From assembly GCA_963666205.1 (NCBI GenBank), contig OY762654.1, positions 192,001 to 256,000 on the forward strand: 64,000 nt of DNA, read 5' to 3'. A program made the position numbers and the translations under genes. Below the pieces are notes generated by a model, which was not told where the DNA came from, made no database searches, and worked only from the letters and a program-made list of their open reading frames with translations. This document shows, one piece after another, positions 17,799-28,325 of the stretch. Numbering within the stretch: position 1 is the first letter of the stretch; every line of letters begins with the position of its first letter. The DNA is from Synergistales bacterium (GTDB lineage Bacteria > Synergistota > Synergistia > Synergistales > JAFGMB01).

Positions 17799-20368
17799 TA
17801 TTTTACCCCTCCCCTGCTTTTCTCTTTTAATCGGTGAAGGATCTCCAGAGCCTGTAAGGGGGTGGTATTATCAAGATCAAGGGTGCTGATTTCCTCAATT
17901 ACAGCAGTTGTGTTCACTGAAAAAAGATCCAGCTGATGCGGTGATGGTTTCTGTGAATCACCGATAACTTCATGGGGATAATTACCCTTGGATTCAAAAC
18001 GGTCAAGAAGTTCCATGGAACGGGTTATCACCTGTCTGGGAATACCGGCAAGTCTGGCTACCTCGACGCCGTAGGAGCGGTTCGAAGGCTTTTCAATAAC
18101 CTGGTGAAGGAATGTTATCCTCCCTGATATTTCGTTTACAGCCATGCTGAGGTTAAAGACCCCATCGAGCCGTTCTTCGAGGCAGGTGAGTTCGTGGTAA
18201 TGGGTAGCGAAGAGCACCTTTGGTGCGGGAGAACAGTGATGATGTAAGTATTCGATGACAGCCCAGGCTATGCTCATCCCATCATATGTAGATGTTCCAC
18301 GCCCTATCTCATCCAGAATCACAAGACTCCGACCGGTGACATTCCGCAGGATATTAGCAGTTTCTACCATTTCAACCATGAAAGTGCTATTTCCCCTCGA
18401 CAATTCATCCCGGGCACCGATACGGGTGAAGATCCTGTCAATTAAAGGAATACTGGCTTTTTCACAGGGAAGGAAGGAACCCATCTGGGCCATTACGATC
18501 AGGAGTGCACTCATTCTGAGGTATGTAGATTTACCAGCCATATTCGGACCAGTAAGAATGGCAATATTCCTCTCTGGTGAAGAAAGTTCGACATCGTTGG
18601 GAACAAAAGGTACCTCAGGGAATACCTGTTCAATTACGGGATGTCTTCCACCCCTGATCAGAATAGCTCCTGATTCCGTTATCGCAGGCCTGGTATAGGA
18701 CCTGTCCATAGCTGTTCGGGCAAGTGACGCTATGACATCTATACAGGAAAGGGCTCTCCCTGAAGTCTGAAGATCCTGAGTATACTGAAGAACAGTTTCA
18801 ACAAGTTTTCTGTACAGTTCTGTCTCTCTGGATCTGGCCTTCTGTTCTGACAAAAGCATCTTATCTTCAAATTCTTTCAATTCAGAAGTTATATATCTTT
18901 CTGAACTGACAAGGGTCTGTCTCCTGATGTAATTGTCCGGGATCTTTTCATGGTTTGATCTCGAGATCTCCAGATAGTATCCAAAGACCCTGTTATAACC
19001 AACCTTAAGCTTCTGGATCCCGGTACGTTCTTTCTCTTCTGTGAGGAATTTATCAAGCCAGGCTTTACCGTTGGCTGAAAGATCCCTCCAGTAATCGAGG
19101 TCCTGATCATAACCAGACCTGATAACAGGACTGGATGTAATAAGGTTCCTGGGAGGTTCATCCACAAGGGCTTTTTCTAGTTCGAGATAGAGGTTCGGCA
19201 GATCAGCTATTTCATTTACCCAGGGTTTAAGGTTCCTGTTGCTGCAACAGCAGGTTATAGCAGGTAACTGTTTCAGGGTATCCCTTATTGCACCGATGTC
19301 CCTGGGAGTTCCTGTACCAAGACTCAACCTTGCCAAAGCCCTCTCCATGTCACGGCATCCGGACAAAGAGGATCTGAGATTTTCAAGTATTGCCGGCTCA
19401 TCAAGAAGACAGGCTACTGCATCCTGTCTTCTTGAGATCTGCGTAATGTCAAGAAGAGGATGAAGGATCCAGTCCTTCATTTCCCTCTTTCCCATAGGGG
19501 TCCTGCACTGGTTAAGAAGGGAATAGAGGGAATGCCTCTCCTTTCCAACAAGTTCAAGATTAGTCTGTGTGGTTACGTCAAGGTACATTCTGGAGGTCTG
19601 AAGAAGGGGTTTTATGCCATTTATATATCTGACGGCCGAAAACTGCGTTTCACGAAGATAGAGAATTACAGCATGGGCACAGCCAATGGCCGGATCATCA
19701 TCCTCTATTCCGAAACCGCTGAATGTAGTTACACCCCAGAGTTGAGATAAAGATCTGATCCCGCTGATAATATTAAAATCATCTCTACTTCTTTCAACAA
19801 TCGTTACATCCGGGAACTCGGAAAGGAACGAAGAAATATCAGAACCCTGGCAAATGACAAATTCCCGGGGTTCAAAGGCCTTCAGGGCTCCAACTGCATC
19901 CTGAAACTGGAGCATACCAGCCTCAAGCGTTCCGGTACCTACTGAAAGCAAGGCAAGGGCAATGCCCTCTTTAACTGGTAGTATGGATGCAATTCTTGCA
20001 TCAGAAGGTTCATCATCGGAAAGGAATGTACCCGGAGTAATTACCCTTACTACTTCCCTTTCTACCAGGTTTTTCCCATCCGGTTCACTGACCTGTTCAC
20101 ATATGGCAACACGGAGACCATAGTTTACCAATCGGGCCAGATAACTGTTAACAGCATGAAATGGAACACCTGCCATGGGAATCTTTTTTTTAGGGTCACG
20201 GCTGGTAAGGGAAATATCCAGAATTTCAGAGGCCTTTCTTGCGTCTTCGAAAAAGAGTTCATAAAAATCTCCCATCCTGAAAAAAAGAAGACAATCCGGA
20301 TATTTCTGCTTCCATTCCATATATTGTTTCAACATCGGAGTTATCTTTACACCGGCAGGAATATTCAA
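17798..20368 (-). CDS. mutS: DNA mismatch repair protein MutS
   Basis: TPMLKQY, RMGDFYELF, GPNMAGKST, DEIGRGTST, THYHE. Confidence 0.97.
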   Translation of the reverse strand: MNIPAGVKITPMLKQYMEWKQKYPDCLLFFRMGDFYELFFEDARKASEILDISLTSRDPKKKIPMAGVPFHAVNSYLARLVNYGLRVAICEQVSEPDGKNLVEREVVRVITPGTFLSDDEPSDARIASILPVKEGIALALLSVGTGTLEAGMLQFQDAVGALKAFEPREFVICQGSDISSFLSEFPDVTIVERSRDDFNIISGIRSLSQLWGVTTFSGFGIEDDDPAIGCAHAVILYLRETQFSAVRYINGIKPLLQTSRMYLDVTTQTNLELVGKERHSLYSLLNQCRTPMGKREMKDWILHPLLDITQISRRQDAVACLLDEPAILENLRSSLSGCRDMERALARLSLGTGTPRDIGAIRDTLKQLPAITCCCSNRNLKPWVNEIADLPNLYLELEKALVDEPPRNLITSSPVIRSGYDQDLDYWRDLSANGKAWLDKFLTEEKERTGIQKLKVGYNRVFGYYLEISRSNHEKIPDNYIRRQTLVSSERYITSELKEFEDKMLLSEQKARSRETELYRKLVETVLQYTQDLQTSGRALSCIDVIASLARTAMDRSYTRPAITESGAILIRGGRHPVIEQVFPEVPFVPNDVELSSPERNIAILTGPNMAGKSTYLRMSALLIVMAQMGSFLPCEKASIPLIDRIFTRIGARDELSRGNSTFMVEMVETANILRNVTGRSLVILDEIGRGTSTYDGMSIAWAVIEYLHHHCSPAPKVLFATHYHELTCLEERLDGVFNLSMAVNEISGRITFLHQVIEKPSNRSYGVEVARLAGIPRQVITRSMELLDRFESKGNYPHEVIGDSQKPSPHQLDLFSVNTTAVIEEISTLDLDNTTPLQALEILHRLKEKSRGGVK

Positions 20369-20370
20369 CG

Positions 20371-20799
20371 TTAGTTTTCTCTCCTAAGATGATCAATGTA
20401 ATCCTGAAGGATTATAGCAGCAGCGATCCTGTCCACCTTTGACCTGCGCTTTTCTCGGCGTATACCTACTTCAATAAGCGTTCTGTTTGCAATTACTGTA
20501 CTATATCTTTCATCCCATAACCTTATGGAAAGCTGTGGATACCTTTCTTCGAGGATTTTGGACCAATCCAGGATCTTTCGGGCTTCCGGTCCTATCTGTC
20601 CATTTGTCCTTACAGGGTAACCAATAAGGATGACGGAGGGCTCATATTTTTCTATTAAACGATCCAGTTTTTCAAGCCACAGGTCGTCTGCCGGGATAAC
20701 ATCGATCCCCTGGGCAAACATACCCAGGGGATCGGTCACGGCTACACCGATACGAACATGGCCGATATCAAGACAGAGGATTCTTTTACTCTGCGCCAT
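20371..20799 (-). CDS. ruvX: YqgF/RuvX family nuclease (pre-16S rRNA processing)
   Basis: LDIGHVRIGVA, WDERYST, VDRIAAAIILQ; follows alaS. Confidence 0.92.
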   Translation of the reverse strand: MAQSKRILCLDIGHVRIGVAVTDPLGMFAQGIDVIPADDLWLEKLDRLIEKYEPSVILIGYPVRTNGQIGPEARKILDWSKILEERYPQLSIRLWDERYSTVIANRTLIEVGIRREKRRSKVDRIAAAIILQDYIDHLRREN

Positions 20800-23444
20800 C
20801 AGTTCTTCAACTGTTCTTTGACAGCAGAAAGAACCTGAACTAGTGCCTCTTTGGTCCTGGAAGGTTCTTTACCTCCGGCCTGAGCAAGGTTAGGTCTTCC
20901 GCCACCGCCGCCACCCACTATACTGGCAATTTCTCTTAGAAGGTTTCCGGCGTGGACTCCTGCATCCACTGCTTCCTTATCTGCCATTGCGATTATGGCG
21001 ACCTGGTTATTACTATTGTTTGAGGCAAGGACCACTATCGTACCCTTTTTCCCGGCAGTAAGTTTATCCCCAAGTTCACGCATAATATCCTGGGTCACAT
21101 CATGAAGGCAGGAGGTAAAAAGGGTCATACCATTTGGAAGTTCGATTGATTCTACCAGATCATTGATATCTGAGGCCAATGACTGTTTCTTGACCTGCTC
21201 CAATTCTTTTCTGGTTTCTTTAAGGTCTTTCTGGATCTTTTCAACTTTCTCCTGTAGTCCAGATGGTTCAATAGACAAAGACCGGGAAAGATCACTGATG
21301 GTATTCAGAGTTGTCTGGAGCAACTTGAGACTTTCGAGTCCGGTTACTGCAGTTATACGCCGCAGACCCGATCCGATCCCTTCTTCCCTTATGATCTTGA
21401 AGAGTCCTATCTGGCCTGTTGAGTCTACATGAATGCCACCACAGAGTTCGGAGGAAAAATCATCTACTTTTACAACTCTGACCTTTTCTCCATATTTTTC
21501 TTCAAAAAGGGCTTTAGCACCAGTTTCTTTGGCTGATTCCATATCCATTTCCTGAATATTGATACTGAGATCCTTAAGGATCTCCATGTTAACAATATCT
21601 TCTATCTTCTTGATCTGGTCGTCCTTAAGTGATTCAAAGTGCGTGAAATCGAAGCGTAGAAAATCCGGTGAAACCAGGGAACCAGCCTGTCTTGCATGTC
21701 CGCCTACGACTCTGGTCAAGGCTTCATGAAGGAGGTGTGTAGCTGTATGATTTCTTGTAACTGCACTCCGCTGCAAAAGATCTGGAATAGCCTTTATCTC
21801 CATATCCTTTGACAGGGGACCTACCTCCACTCTGACCCTGTGGCAGATCAGCTCACCGGAGGTATATACCGTATCGAGAACCACGGCATTGGCAGTTTCA
21901 TTTGCTATTCTACCTCTGTCCCCGATCTGGCCTCCCCTTTCTGCATAAAAGGGAGTGTCCTGAAGGAAAACCTCTCCTCTTTCTCCGGATCTCAGGCTAT
22001 CGACTTCAACGCCATCTTTTAATATAACAGCGATCTTAGTTACGGAAGAATCCAGGGAATATCCGGTAAAGGGAGTGGCACCCAATCGATTGAGAAGATC
22101 AGAATAGATATCACCTTTCATCTCTGTCTGAATGTGCTTACTGGCAGCACGAGCTCTTTCTTTCTGTTCAGTCATCAGTCGGGTAAAACCTTCTTCATCG
22201 ACCTTCAGTCCCCTTTCTTCGCAGATTTCACGGGTAAGTTCCAGAGGGAAGCCATAGGTGTCATACAGTTCAAAAGCAATTGAACCCGAGAGGACATCAC
22301 CTTTCTTTTGCTGCAATAAGTCGATTTCGGACTCTATGAGATTAGTTCCCTGTTCAAGGGTATGGGAAAAACGGTTTTCCTCAACAGAAATTATCTGTTC
22401 AACCATCAACCTGTTATTGACAAGTTCCTGATAGGGATCACTCATAAGTTCAATTACCACGGGAAGTAGATCAACAAGGAAGGGATCTCTGAGCCCGATC
22501 AGCCGACCATACCGTACTGCCCTTCGCAGGAGTCTCCTCAGTACATATCCCTGTCCGTCGTTAGCTGGAAGAATACCGTCTGCTATCATGAAGGCTACTG
22601 ACCTGAGGTGATCCGAAATAACCCTGACGGCAAGATCTCCCCCTTCGGTCTCTCCATACTCTATCCCGGCCATTGAACATACAGCATTGATGATAGGCAT
22701 GAAGAGGTCTGTCTCGAAATCTGTCCTTACATTCTGTACGACAGAAGTCAGGCGTTCAAGCCCCATACCAGTATCAATGTTCTTCTTCGGAAGGGGAACC
22801 AGGGTTCCATCTTCCATTCTGTCATACTGCGTAAAGACGAGGTTCCAGATTTCCAGATACCTGTCACAGTCACATCCGACATCACAGGTCGGTTTTCCAC
22901 ATGAATATTCCGGTCCCTGGTCATACATTATTTCGGAGCATGGGCCGCAGGGTCCGGTATTACCCATGAACCAGTAGTTTTCATCCTCACCAAAACGGTA
23001 GATCCGTTCTTCCGGCAGACCGATAGTTTCATTCCATATTCTGAAAGATTCTTCATCATCCCTGTATATGGTTGCATACAGCCTGCGCGGATCAAGCCCT
23101 ATATACTCCGTGAGGAATTCCCAGGCCCATGTAATTGCTTCTTTCTTGAAATAGTCACCCCATGCAAAATTGCCAAGCATTTCAAAGAAAGTATGGTGAC
23201 GGGCTGTATGACCCACATTTTCTATATCATTGGTTCTGACACATTTCTGGGATGTAACGGCTCTTGTATGCTCCGGAGTTTTAAGTCCAAGGTAATACTG
23301 TTTGAATGGGACCATCCCGGCAATTGTAAACAGCAGGGTAGGATCATCCGGAACAAGAGAAAAGCTCTGATAATGTTTACTTCCCTTTGAGATCCAGAAA
23401 TCGATGAAAAGATCCCTGATCTCTTTTCCACTTCTCCACTGCAT
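20799..23444 (-). CDS. alaS: Alanine--tRNA ligase
   Basis: HHTFFEMLGNF, DTGMGLER, NHTATH, ELCGGIH, GGGGGRP; start set at MQWRSG. Confidence 0.97.
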   Translation of the reverse strand: MQWRSGKEIRDLFIDFWISKGSKHYQSFSLVPDDPTLLFTIAGMVPFKQYYLGLKTPEHTRAVTSQKCVRTNDIENVGHTARHHTFFEMLGNFAWGDYFKKEAITWAWEFLTEYIGLDPRRLYATIYRDDEESFRIWNETIGLPEERIYRFGEDENYWFMGNTGPCGPCSEIMYDQGPEYSCGKPTCDVGCDCDRYLEIWNLVFTQYDRMEDGTLVPLPKKNIDTGMGLERLTSVVQNVRTDFETDLFMPIINAVCSMAGIEYGETEGGDLAVRVISDHLRSVAFMIADGILPANDGQGYVLRRLLRRAVRYGRLIGLRDPFLVDLLPVVIELMSDPYQELVNNRLMVEQIISVEENRFSHTLEQGTNLIESEIDLLQQKKGDVLSGSIAFELYDTYGFPLELTREICEERGLKVDEEGFTRLMTEQKERARAASKHIQTEMKGDIYSDLLNRLGATPFTGYSLDSSVTKIAVILKDGVEVDSLRSGERGEVFLQDTPFYAERGGQIGDRGRIANETANAVVLDTVYTSGELICHRVRVEVGPLSKDMEIKAIPDLLQRSAVTRNHTATHLLHEALTRVVGGHARQAGSLVSPDFLRFDFTHFESLKDDQIKKIEDIVNMEILKDLSINIQEMDMESAKETGAKALFEEKYGEKVRVVKVDDFSSELCGGIHVDSTGQIGLFKIIREEGIGSGLRRITAVTGLESLKLLQTTLNTISDLSRSLSIEPSGLQEKVEKIQKDLKETRKELEQVKKQSLASDINDLVESIELPNGMTLFTSCLHDVTQDIMRELGDKLTAGKKGTIVVLASNNSNNQVAIIAMADKEAVDAGVHAGNLLREIASIVGGGGGGRPNLAQAGGKEPSRTKEALVQVLSAVKEQLKN

Positions 23445-23476
23445 TATTAGAACCCCTTCCCGCGAGAATTCATGTT

Positions 23477-24766
23477 TTAAAGCGACTGATCTACCAGTTC
23501 TTTTCGGCAACGTAAAGACTGGCGGATTATTTCATCCCTGTCTGCAAGACAGAATCGATCATCCCTGTATATCCATTTACCTTTCACCATTGTTGATTTT
23601 ACATCGGCACTGGAGCCTGCGTAAACGATGAAACAGCAGAGATTATCAGGATCAACACCGACGTAGTGGGGTTGGTCCAGATCTACTATTGCAAGATCAG
23701 CTTCCCACTGTTCAAGTATTCTACCGGTCTTCTCAAAACCAAGACTATGAGCACCTCCATAGGTTGCCATGCGAAGGATATCAGATGCCCTTGCAAGTGT
23801 TGGATCCTTGTTGACACCTTTATGAAGAAGGGCGGCAGTCTTCATCTCATCCCAGATATCCAGCTGGTTGTTACTAGCCGCTCCATCTGAACCGAGCGAA
23901 ATATTTATCCCGAGACGGTATGCCTCGTCAAGAGGGAATATCCCGCTGCCCAGCTTGAGATTACTTTTTACATTATGGCAAAGGGTGATATTCCTGTCTT
24001 TAAAAGGTATCATTTCTGAAAGAGGAAACCAGACACAGTGGGCCAGAATGAGAAATGGCGCTGAAGCAAGGCCTGTTTCTTCAAGGTATTCGGAAGGAGA
24101 CATTCTGAATTCATCTGAAAGATATTGTTTTTCCCACTCCGCCTCAAGAAAGTGAAAATGAACACCTGCTCCAATTTCTCCAGCCAGGGCAGTTATCACT
24201 TTCAGCATATCCGGGGAGACCGTATAGGGAGCATGAGGCCCTAACTGGATTGAAATAAGACCGTCACGACCGTTCCATTCCCTGAAAAGGGCAGCATTTT
24301 CATCCAGTTTACTCCGGTCATCTCCAATAAGTCCCCGGCAGAGACCGGCACGCATTCCCATCTCTGTTGCAGCCCGGGCTACCTGATCCATTTCAAAATA
24401 CATGTCCCCAAAGCATGTAACTCCCTTTGAAGCCATTTCCAGAAGGGCCAGCCTGGTACCCCAATAAATATGTTCCGGGGTAAGCTTTGCTTCAACGGGC
24501 CATATTTTTTCCCTGAGCCACTCCATGAGGGGTTTTTCTTCGCCAAGGCCTCTAAGAAGGCTCATGGCAGCATGGGTATGTCCGTTGACGAATCCGGGAA
24601 GTACGGCAAATCTTCCCCTACCCTCTAAAGTTTCATCTGTCGGACCAGAAAAGGTTAGAGGTTCACAGATCCGTTCTATTTTCCCGTCATTAATAAAGAT
24701 ATCACATGGTAGAGCACTATTCATAAACCCGTCAAGGGCAAGTACATCTCTGAACAAGACTGACAT
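23477..24766 (-). CDS. mtaD: 5'-methylthioadenosine/S-adenosylhomocysteine deaminase (amidohydrolase superfamily)
   Basis: NGHTHAAM, GPHAPYT, HFLE, SNLKLGSG, GSDGAASNN; in an operon with ahcY and mtnA. Confidence 0.85.
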   Translation of the reverse strand: MSVLFRDVLALDGFMNSALPCDIFINDGKIERICEPLTFSGPTDETLEGRGRFAVLPGFVNGHTHAAMSLLRGLGEEKPLMEWLREKIWPVEAKLTPEHIYWGTRLALLEMASKGVTCFGDMYFEMDQVARAATEMGMRAGLCRGLIGDDRSKLDENAALFREWNGRDGLISIQLGPHAPYTVSPDMLKVITALAGEIGAGVHFHFLEAEWEKQYLSDEFRMSPSEYLEETGLASAPFLILAHCVWFPLSEMIPFKDRNITLCHNVKSNLKLGSGIFPLDEAYRLGINISLGSDGAASNNQLDIWDEMKTAALLHKGVNKDPTLARASDILRMATYGGAHSLGFEKTGRILEQWEADLAIVDLDQPHYVGVDPDNLCCFIVYAGSSADVKSTMVKGKWIYRDDRFCLADRDEIIRQSLRCRKELVDQSL

Positions 24767-24809
24767 GAAGAATACTCCCTTCTATCTTCCAGGGTTTGAA
24801 TACTGGACT

Positions 24810-26054
24810 TTATTCTTTCCAGCTCTGGAGGTACTTCTGCTGTTCATCTGTTAGATCTTCAAGTTCAATACCCATGGATCTCAGTTTGGTCTTCATTACA
24901 GACCCATCGATATCCTGAGGAACATCATAGAGACCTGGTTTGAGACCGGCATCCTTTACAAAGATCGCACATTCAAGCTGGGTTGCAAAGCTCAGATCCA
25001 TGATCTCAACAGGATGACCATCTCCTGCTGCAAGATTAACAAGTCTTCCCTGAGCCATCAGGTGGATCTTTCGGCCATTTTTCAAAAGATAGGTTTCAAT
25101 ATTATCTCTTGTAGCAGTTTTAGCGGTAGAAAGATCTTCCAGATCGGGAATAGAGATTTCAACATCAAAATGACCCGCATTCCCAAGAATAGCTCCATCT
25201 TTCATCATTTCCAGATGTTCTTTCCTTATTACCCTGATATTTCCGGTCAGAGTCAGGAAGATATCTCCCTTCGGAGCAGCATCGGTCATTGGCATGACCT
25301 CATATCCATCCATAATAGCTTCAAAGGCCTTGTGGGGATCCACCTCTACTATAATCACATGTGCCCCAAGGGCTGCTGCTCTCATAGCCACCCCCCTGCC
25401 ACACCACCCATAACCGGCCACTACAACTTTTTTGCCGGCAATTATAAGGTTGGTACTCCTTAGAAGGGCATCCCAAACTGATTGTCCGGTCCCATACCTG
25501 TTATCAAAGAGATATTTACTCTTGGCGTCATTTACAGAGATCATTGGAAAGGACAGCACTCCCTCCTTCTCCATGGCTTTGAGCCTTTTAATACCGGAGG
25601 TCGTCTCTTCATTACCACCCAGTATCCCTGGAAGGAGATCCCTTCTTTCCTCATGTATCATTGCCACAAGATCCGCTCCGTCATCGATGATCAGCCTGGG
25701 ATTATAGGTCAGGACCCTTCTCAGATTTTCAGAATATTCATCAGTATTCATACCATGATGACTGAATACATGGATTCCTGAAGCAACCAGGGCGGCGCAG
25801 ATATCATCCTGGGTGGAAAGAGGGTTTGAACCTGCTGCAAAAACTGTAGCACCCAGATCACGGAAAGTATTGAGGAGACAGGCTGTTTTAGCTTCAAGGT
25901 GAAGACATGCAGCAATGGATAATCCATAAAAGGGCTTGGAAGCAGCATATTTTTCCCTGAGAACTCGCAGGACCGGCATATAGGACCATGCCCAGTCTAT
26001 CTTTTTTTGTCCGGCTCCAGCCAGACCTGGATCGGCTATCTTGAAATCGGTCAT
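24810..26054 (-). CDS. ahcY: Adenosylhomocysteinase family hydrolase (SAH/SIH hydrolase)
   Basis: HLEAKT, SNPLSTQD, DDGAD, EETTSG, FDNRYGTGQS, GYGWCGRG, GRLVNL. Confidence 0.95.
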   Translation of the reverse strand: MTDFKIADPGLAGAGQKKIDWAWSYMPVLRVLREKYAASKPFYGLSIAACLHLEAKTACLLNTFRDLGATVFAAGSNPLSTQDDICAALVASGIHVFSHHGMNTDEYSENLRRVLTYNPRLIIDDGADLVAMIHEERRDLLPGILGGNEETTSGIKRLKAMEKEGVLSFPMISVNDAKSKYLFDNRYGTGQSVWDALLRSTNLIIAGKKVVVAGYGWCGRGVAMRAAALGAHVIIVEVDPHKAFEAIMDGYEVMPMTDAAPKGDIFLTLTGNIRVIRKEHLEMMKDGAILGNAGHFDVEISIPDLEDLSTAKTATRDNIETYLLKNGRKIHLMAQGRLVNLAAGDGHPVEIMDLSFATQLECAIFVKDAGLKPGLYDVPQDIDGSVMKTKLRSMGIELEDLTDEQQKYLQSWKE

Positions 26055-26067
26055 TGTTTCACATCCT

Positions 26068-27078
26068 TCAGAGTTTCTTTTTGAATGAATCTATATTAAC
26101 AGAGACAGGAGCCATGATAAGGCCCTTCTCGGTAACGATCGCAGAAATCAGTTCAGAAGGTGTAACATCAAAAGCCGGGTTATATACACAATAGTTATCA
26201 GGAAGAGATGCATCACCACCCAGACACAGGACCTCTGACGCCTCTCTCCTTTCTATGGGAATATCTTCTCCTGAAAGCAGGGACCAGTCAAAAGTGCTTA
26301 GGGGAGCAGCCACGTAGAATGGGATGGAATGGTATTGTGAAAGAATGGCAAGCTGGTATGTGCCTATTTTGTTGGCCACATCACCCCTTGATGTTACCCG
26401 GTCAGCACCCACTATTACTGCATCTATTTTTCCGTCCTTCATAAGAGAACCAGCCATATTGTCACAGATGAGAGTTACATCGATGTCATCCTGCATAAGC
26501 TCCCATACAGTCAGTCGTGCACCCTGAAGGACGGGACGTGTTTCATCGGCAAAGACCCGCACTGTTTTTTTCATTTCCTTTGCAGTCCTTATAATCCCGA
26601 GGGCTGTACCATGTCCCCCGGTAGCAAGGGCTCCTGCATTGCAGTGAGTGATAATCCTGCAGGTTTCAGGAAGGATCTCTGCACCTTTTTTTCCAATAAC
26701 CCTGTTGATCCGGATATCTTCAGCAAGGATCTGATGAGCTTCATTGAGAAGGGTTCGGGGAACGTCCTTCTCCTGTGAAGCGTAAAATGCAGCCTCCATC
26801 CTTTTCAGACTCCAGAAAAGATTTACCGCAGTGGGTCTGGTCTGGGAAAGTCGCTCTATGGCAGGAATGATACTGTCGGGTCCTTCGAGTGCTGCAAGGG
26901 CGACTCCGTAGGCTGCAGCTATCCCTATAGCAGGAGCTCCTCTTATAGTGAGTTTTTCGATAGCATGGGCAACTTCAGAGTAGTTTTTACATATACAATA
27001 TGACACTTCCCAAGGGATTCTCCTCTGATCAAGTATTGCAAGTCTATCATCTTTCCATATCAGTGTCCGGGGAAGCAT
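26068..27078 (-). CDS. mtnA: S-methyl-5-thioribose-1-phosphate isomerase
   Basis: IRGAPAIG, TRPTAVNL, THCNAGALAT, ETRPVLQGARLT, NPAFDVTP. Confidence 0.95.
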   Translation of the reverse strand: MLPRTLIWKDDRLAILDQRRIPWEVSYCICKNYSEVAHAIEKLTIRGAPAIGIAAAYGVALAALEGPDSIIPAIERLSQTRPTAVNLFWSLKRMEAAFYASQEKDVPRTLLNEAHQILAEDIRINRVIGKKGAEILPETCRIITHCNAGALATGGHGTALGIIRTAKEMKKTVRVFADETRPVLQGARLTVWELMQDDIDVTLICDNMAGSLMKDGKIDAVIVGADRVTSRGDVANKIGTYQLAILSQYHSIPFYVAAPLSTFDWSLLSGEDIPIERREASEVLCLGGDASLPDNYCVYNPAFDVTPSELISAIVTEKGLIMAPVSVNIDSFKKKL

Positions 27079-27104
27079 ATAAAGACCTCCTGCCTTAATT
27101 TCTG

Positions 27105-28325
27105 TCAGTGATCTTCAGATGGAGATGTACTTATGATCTCAGCCAGAGCATTTCCATCCTTAAGGTTGAGGGAATAAACTGAGTTAACCTCAAGTTCAGA
27201 AACTGATACAATGACTTTATCTGAAAGAATCGATTGACAGGTTATAAACCCTCTCTCAAGTACAGAGAGAGGAGAAAGAGCATTAAGGGAAGAAGCAAGG
27301 CGTGATAACTGCAGGTTATCCTTGTGGATCTTTTCATTCATTGCAGAAAGTATGCCCTTGGCGCTGTCAGATACACGGGATGACTCGAGATGAAGGGCAT
27401 TATGCAGAAGATGATTGAATGTGAGAAACTGTCTATCCAGATAGTTTCCGCGGGTTTCTATCTGATGTAGAAGACCAGAACCCAGTTTGTAAAGATCGTT
27501 ACCCAGCAGACGGGACACTTCTGTACGATCAGGGAAAAGGGTTTCCGCTGCAGCAGAAGGTGTGGGAGCAGAAACATCTGCTGCAAGATCACACAGGGTA
27601 AGGTCAACCTGGTGTCCAAGACCAGTTATTACAGGAACTGCCAGATTTCTTACAGACCTGACCACCAGTTCATCGTCAAAAGGATTCAGGTCATCCCTGC
27701 TGCCACCTCCACGAGCCAGTATAGCCGCTTCTATCCCCGAGAGACTGTTTGTATAACGGAGGGCCTTTACCAGTTCGGAAGGTGCCTCCAGACCTTGAAC
27801 AAGAGTTGGAATAACTACGATGGAACAGACGGGGAACCTATTGGAAGCAACCTTGATAACGTCACGAATGGCAGCGCCGGTCGGTGACGTTATTACCGCG
27901 ATACTGGACGGATAGGAGGGAAGTGGCCTTTTCAGCCGTGGATCGAAAAGGCCATCTTCTGCAAGTTTCTTTTTAATTTCTTCCCGTGCCCTGGCAGCAG
28001 CACCAGGACCAATGGGTACAATATTTCGGGCATAAATCTGATAGGAACTTCGGGCTGGATATATAGCTATCCTGCCCTGGACAATTACTTCATCTCCCTG
28101 TTTAGGCCACTGAGGCACATTGCGGGTATCTGACCTGAACATTACACCCGATAGACGGGCATCTTCTCCGCTGAGAGTGAAGTATACATGTCCACTGCCA
28201 TGTTTCTTGAATTCCAGGATCTCACCCTTCACATTCAGGGACTGAAGAACAGGATCACCTGTTATTAGCGCCTGAATTCGGGAAGAAACCTCTTCAACGG
28301 TCAGAGTCTGGTTCAGTATGGACAA
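27105..28325 (-). CDS. xseA: Exodeoxyribonuclease VII large subunit
   Basis: SGHVYF, TSPTGAAIRD, RGGGS, APTPSAAAE, LSPLSVLERG. Start estimated at TTG 28325, overlapping the end of nusB. Confidence 0.93.
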   Translation of the reverse strand: MSILNQTLTVEEVSSRIQALITGDPVLQSLNVKGEILEFKKHGSGHVYFTLSGEDARLSGVMFRSDTRNVPQWPKQGDEVIVQGRIAIYPARSSYQIYARNIVPIGPGAAARAREEIKKKLAEDGLFDPRLKRPLPSYPSSIAVITSPTGAAIRDVIKVASNRFPVCSIVVIPTLVQGLEAPSELVKALRYTNSLSGIEAAILARGGGSRDDLNPFDDELVVRSVRNLAVPVITGLGHQVDLTLCDLAADVSAPTPSAAAETLFPDRTEVSRLLGNDLYKLGSGLLHQIETRGNYLDRQFLTFNHLLHNALHLESSRVSDSAKGILSAMNEKIHKDNLQLSRLASSLNALSPLSVLERGFITCQSILSDKVIVSVSELEVNSVYSLNLKDGNALAEIISTSPSEDH

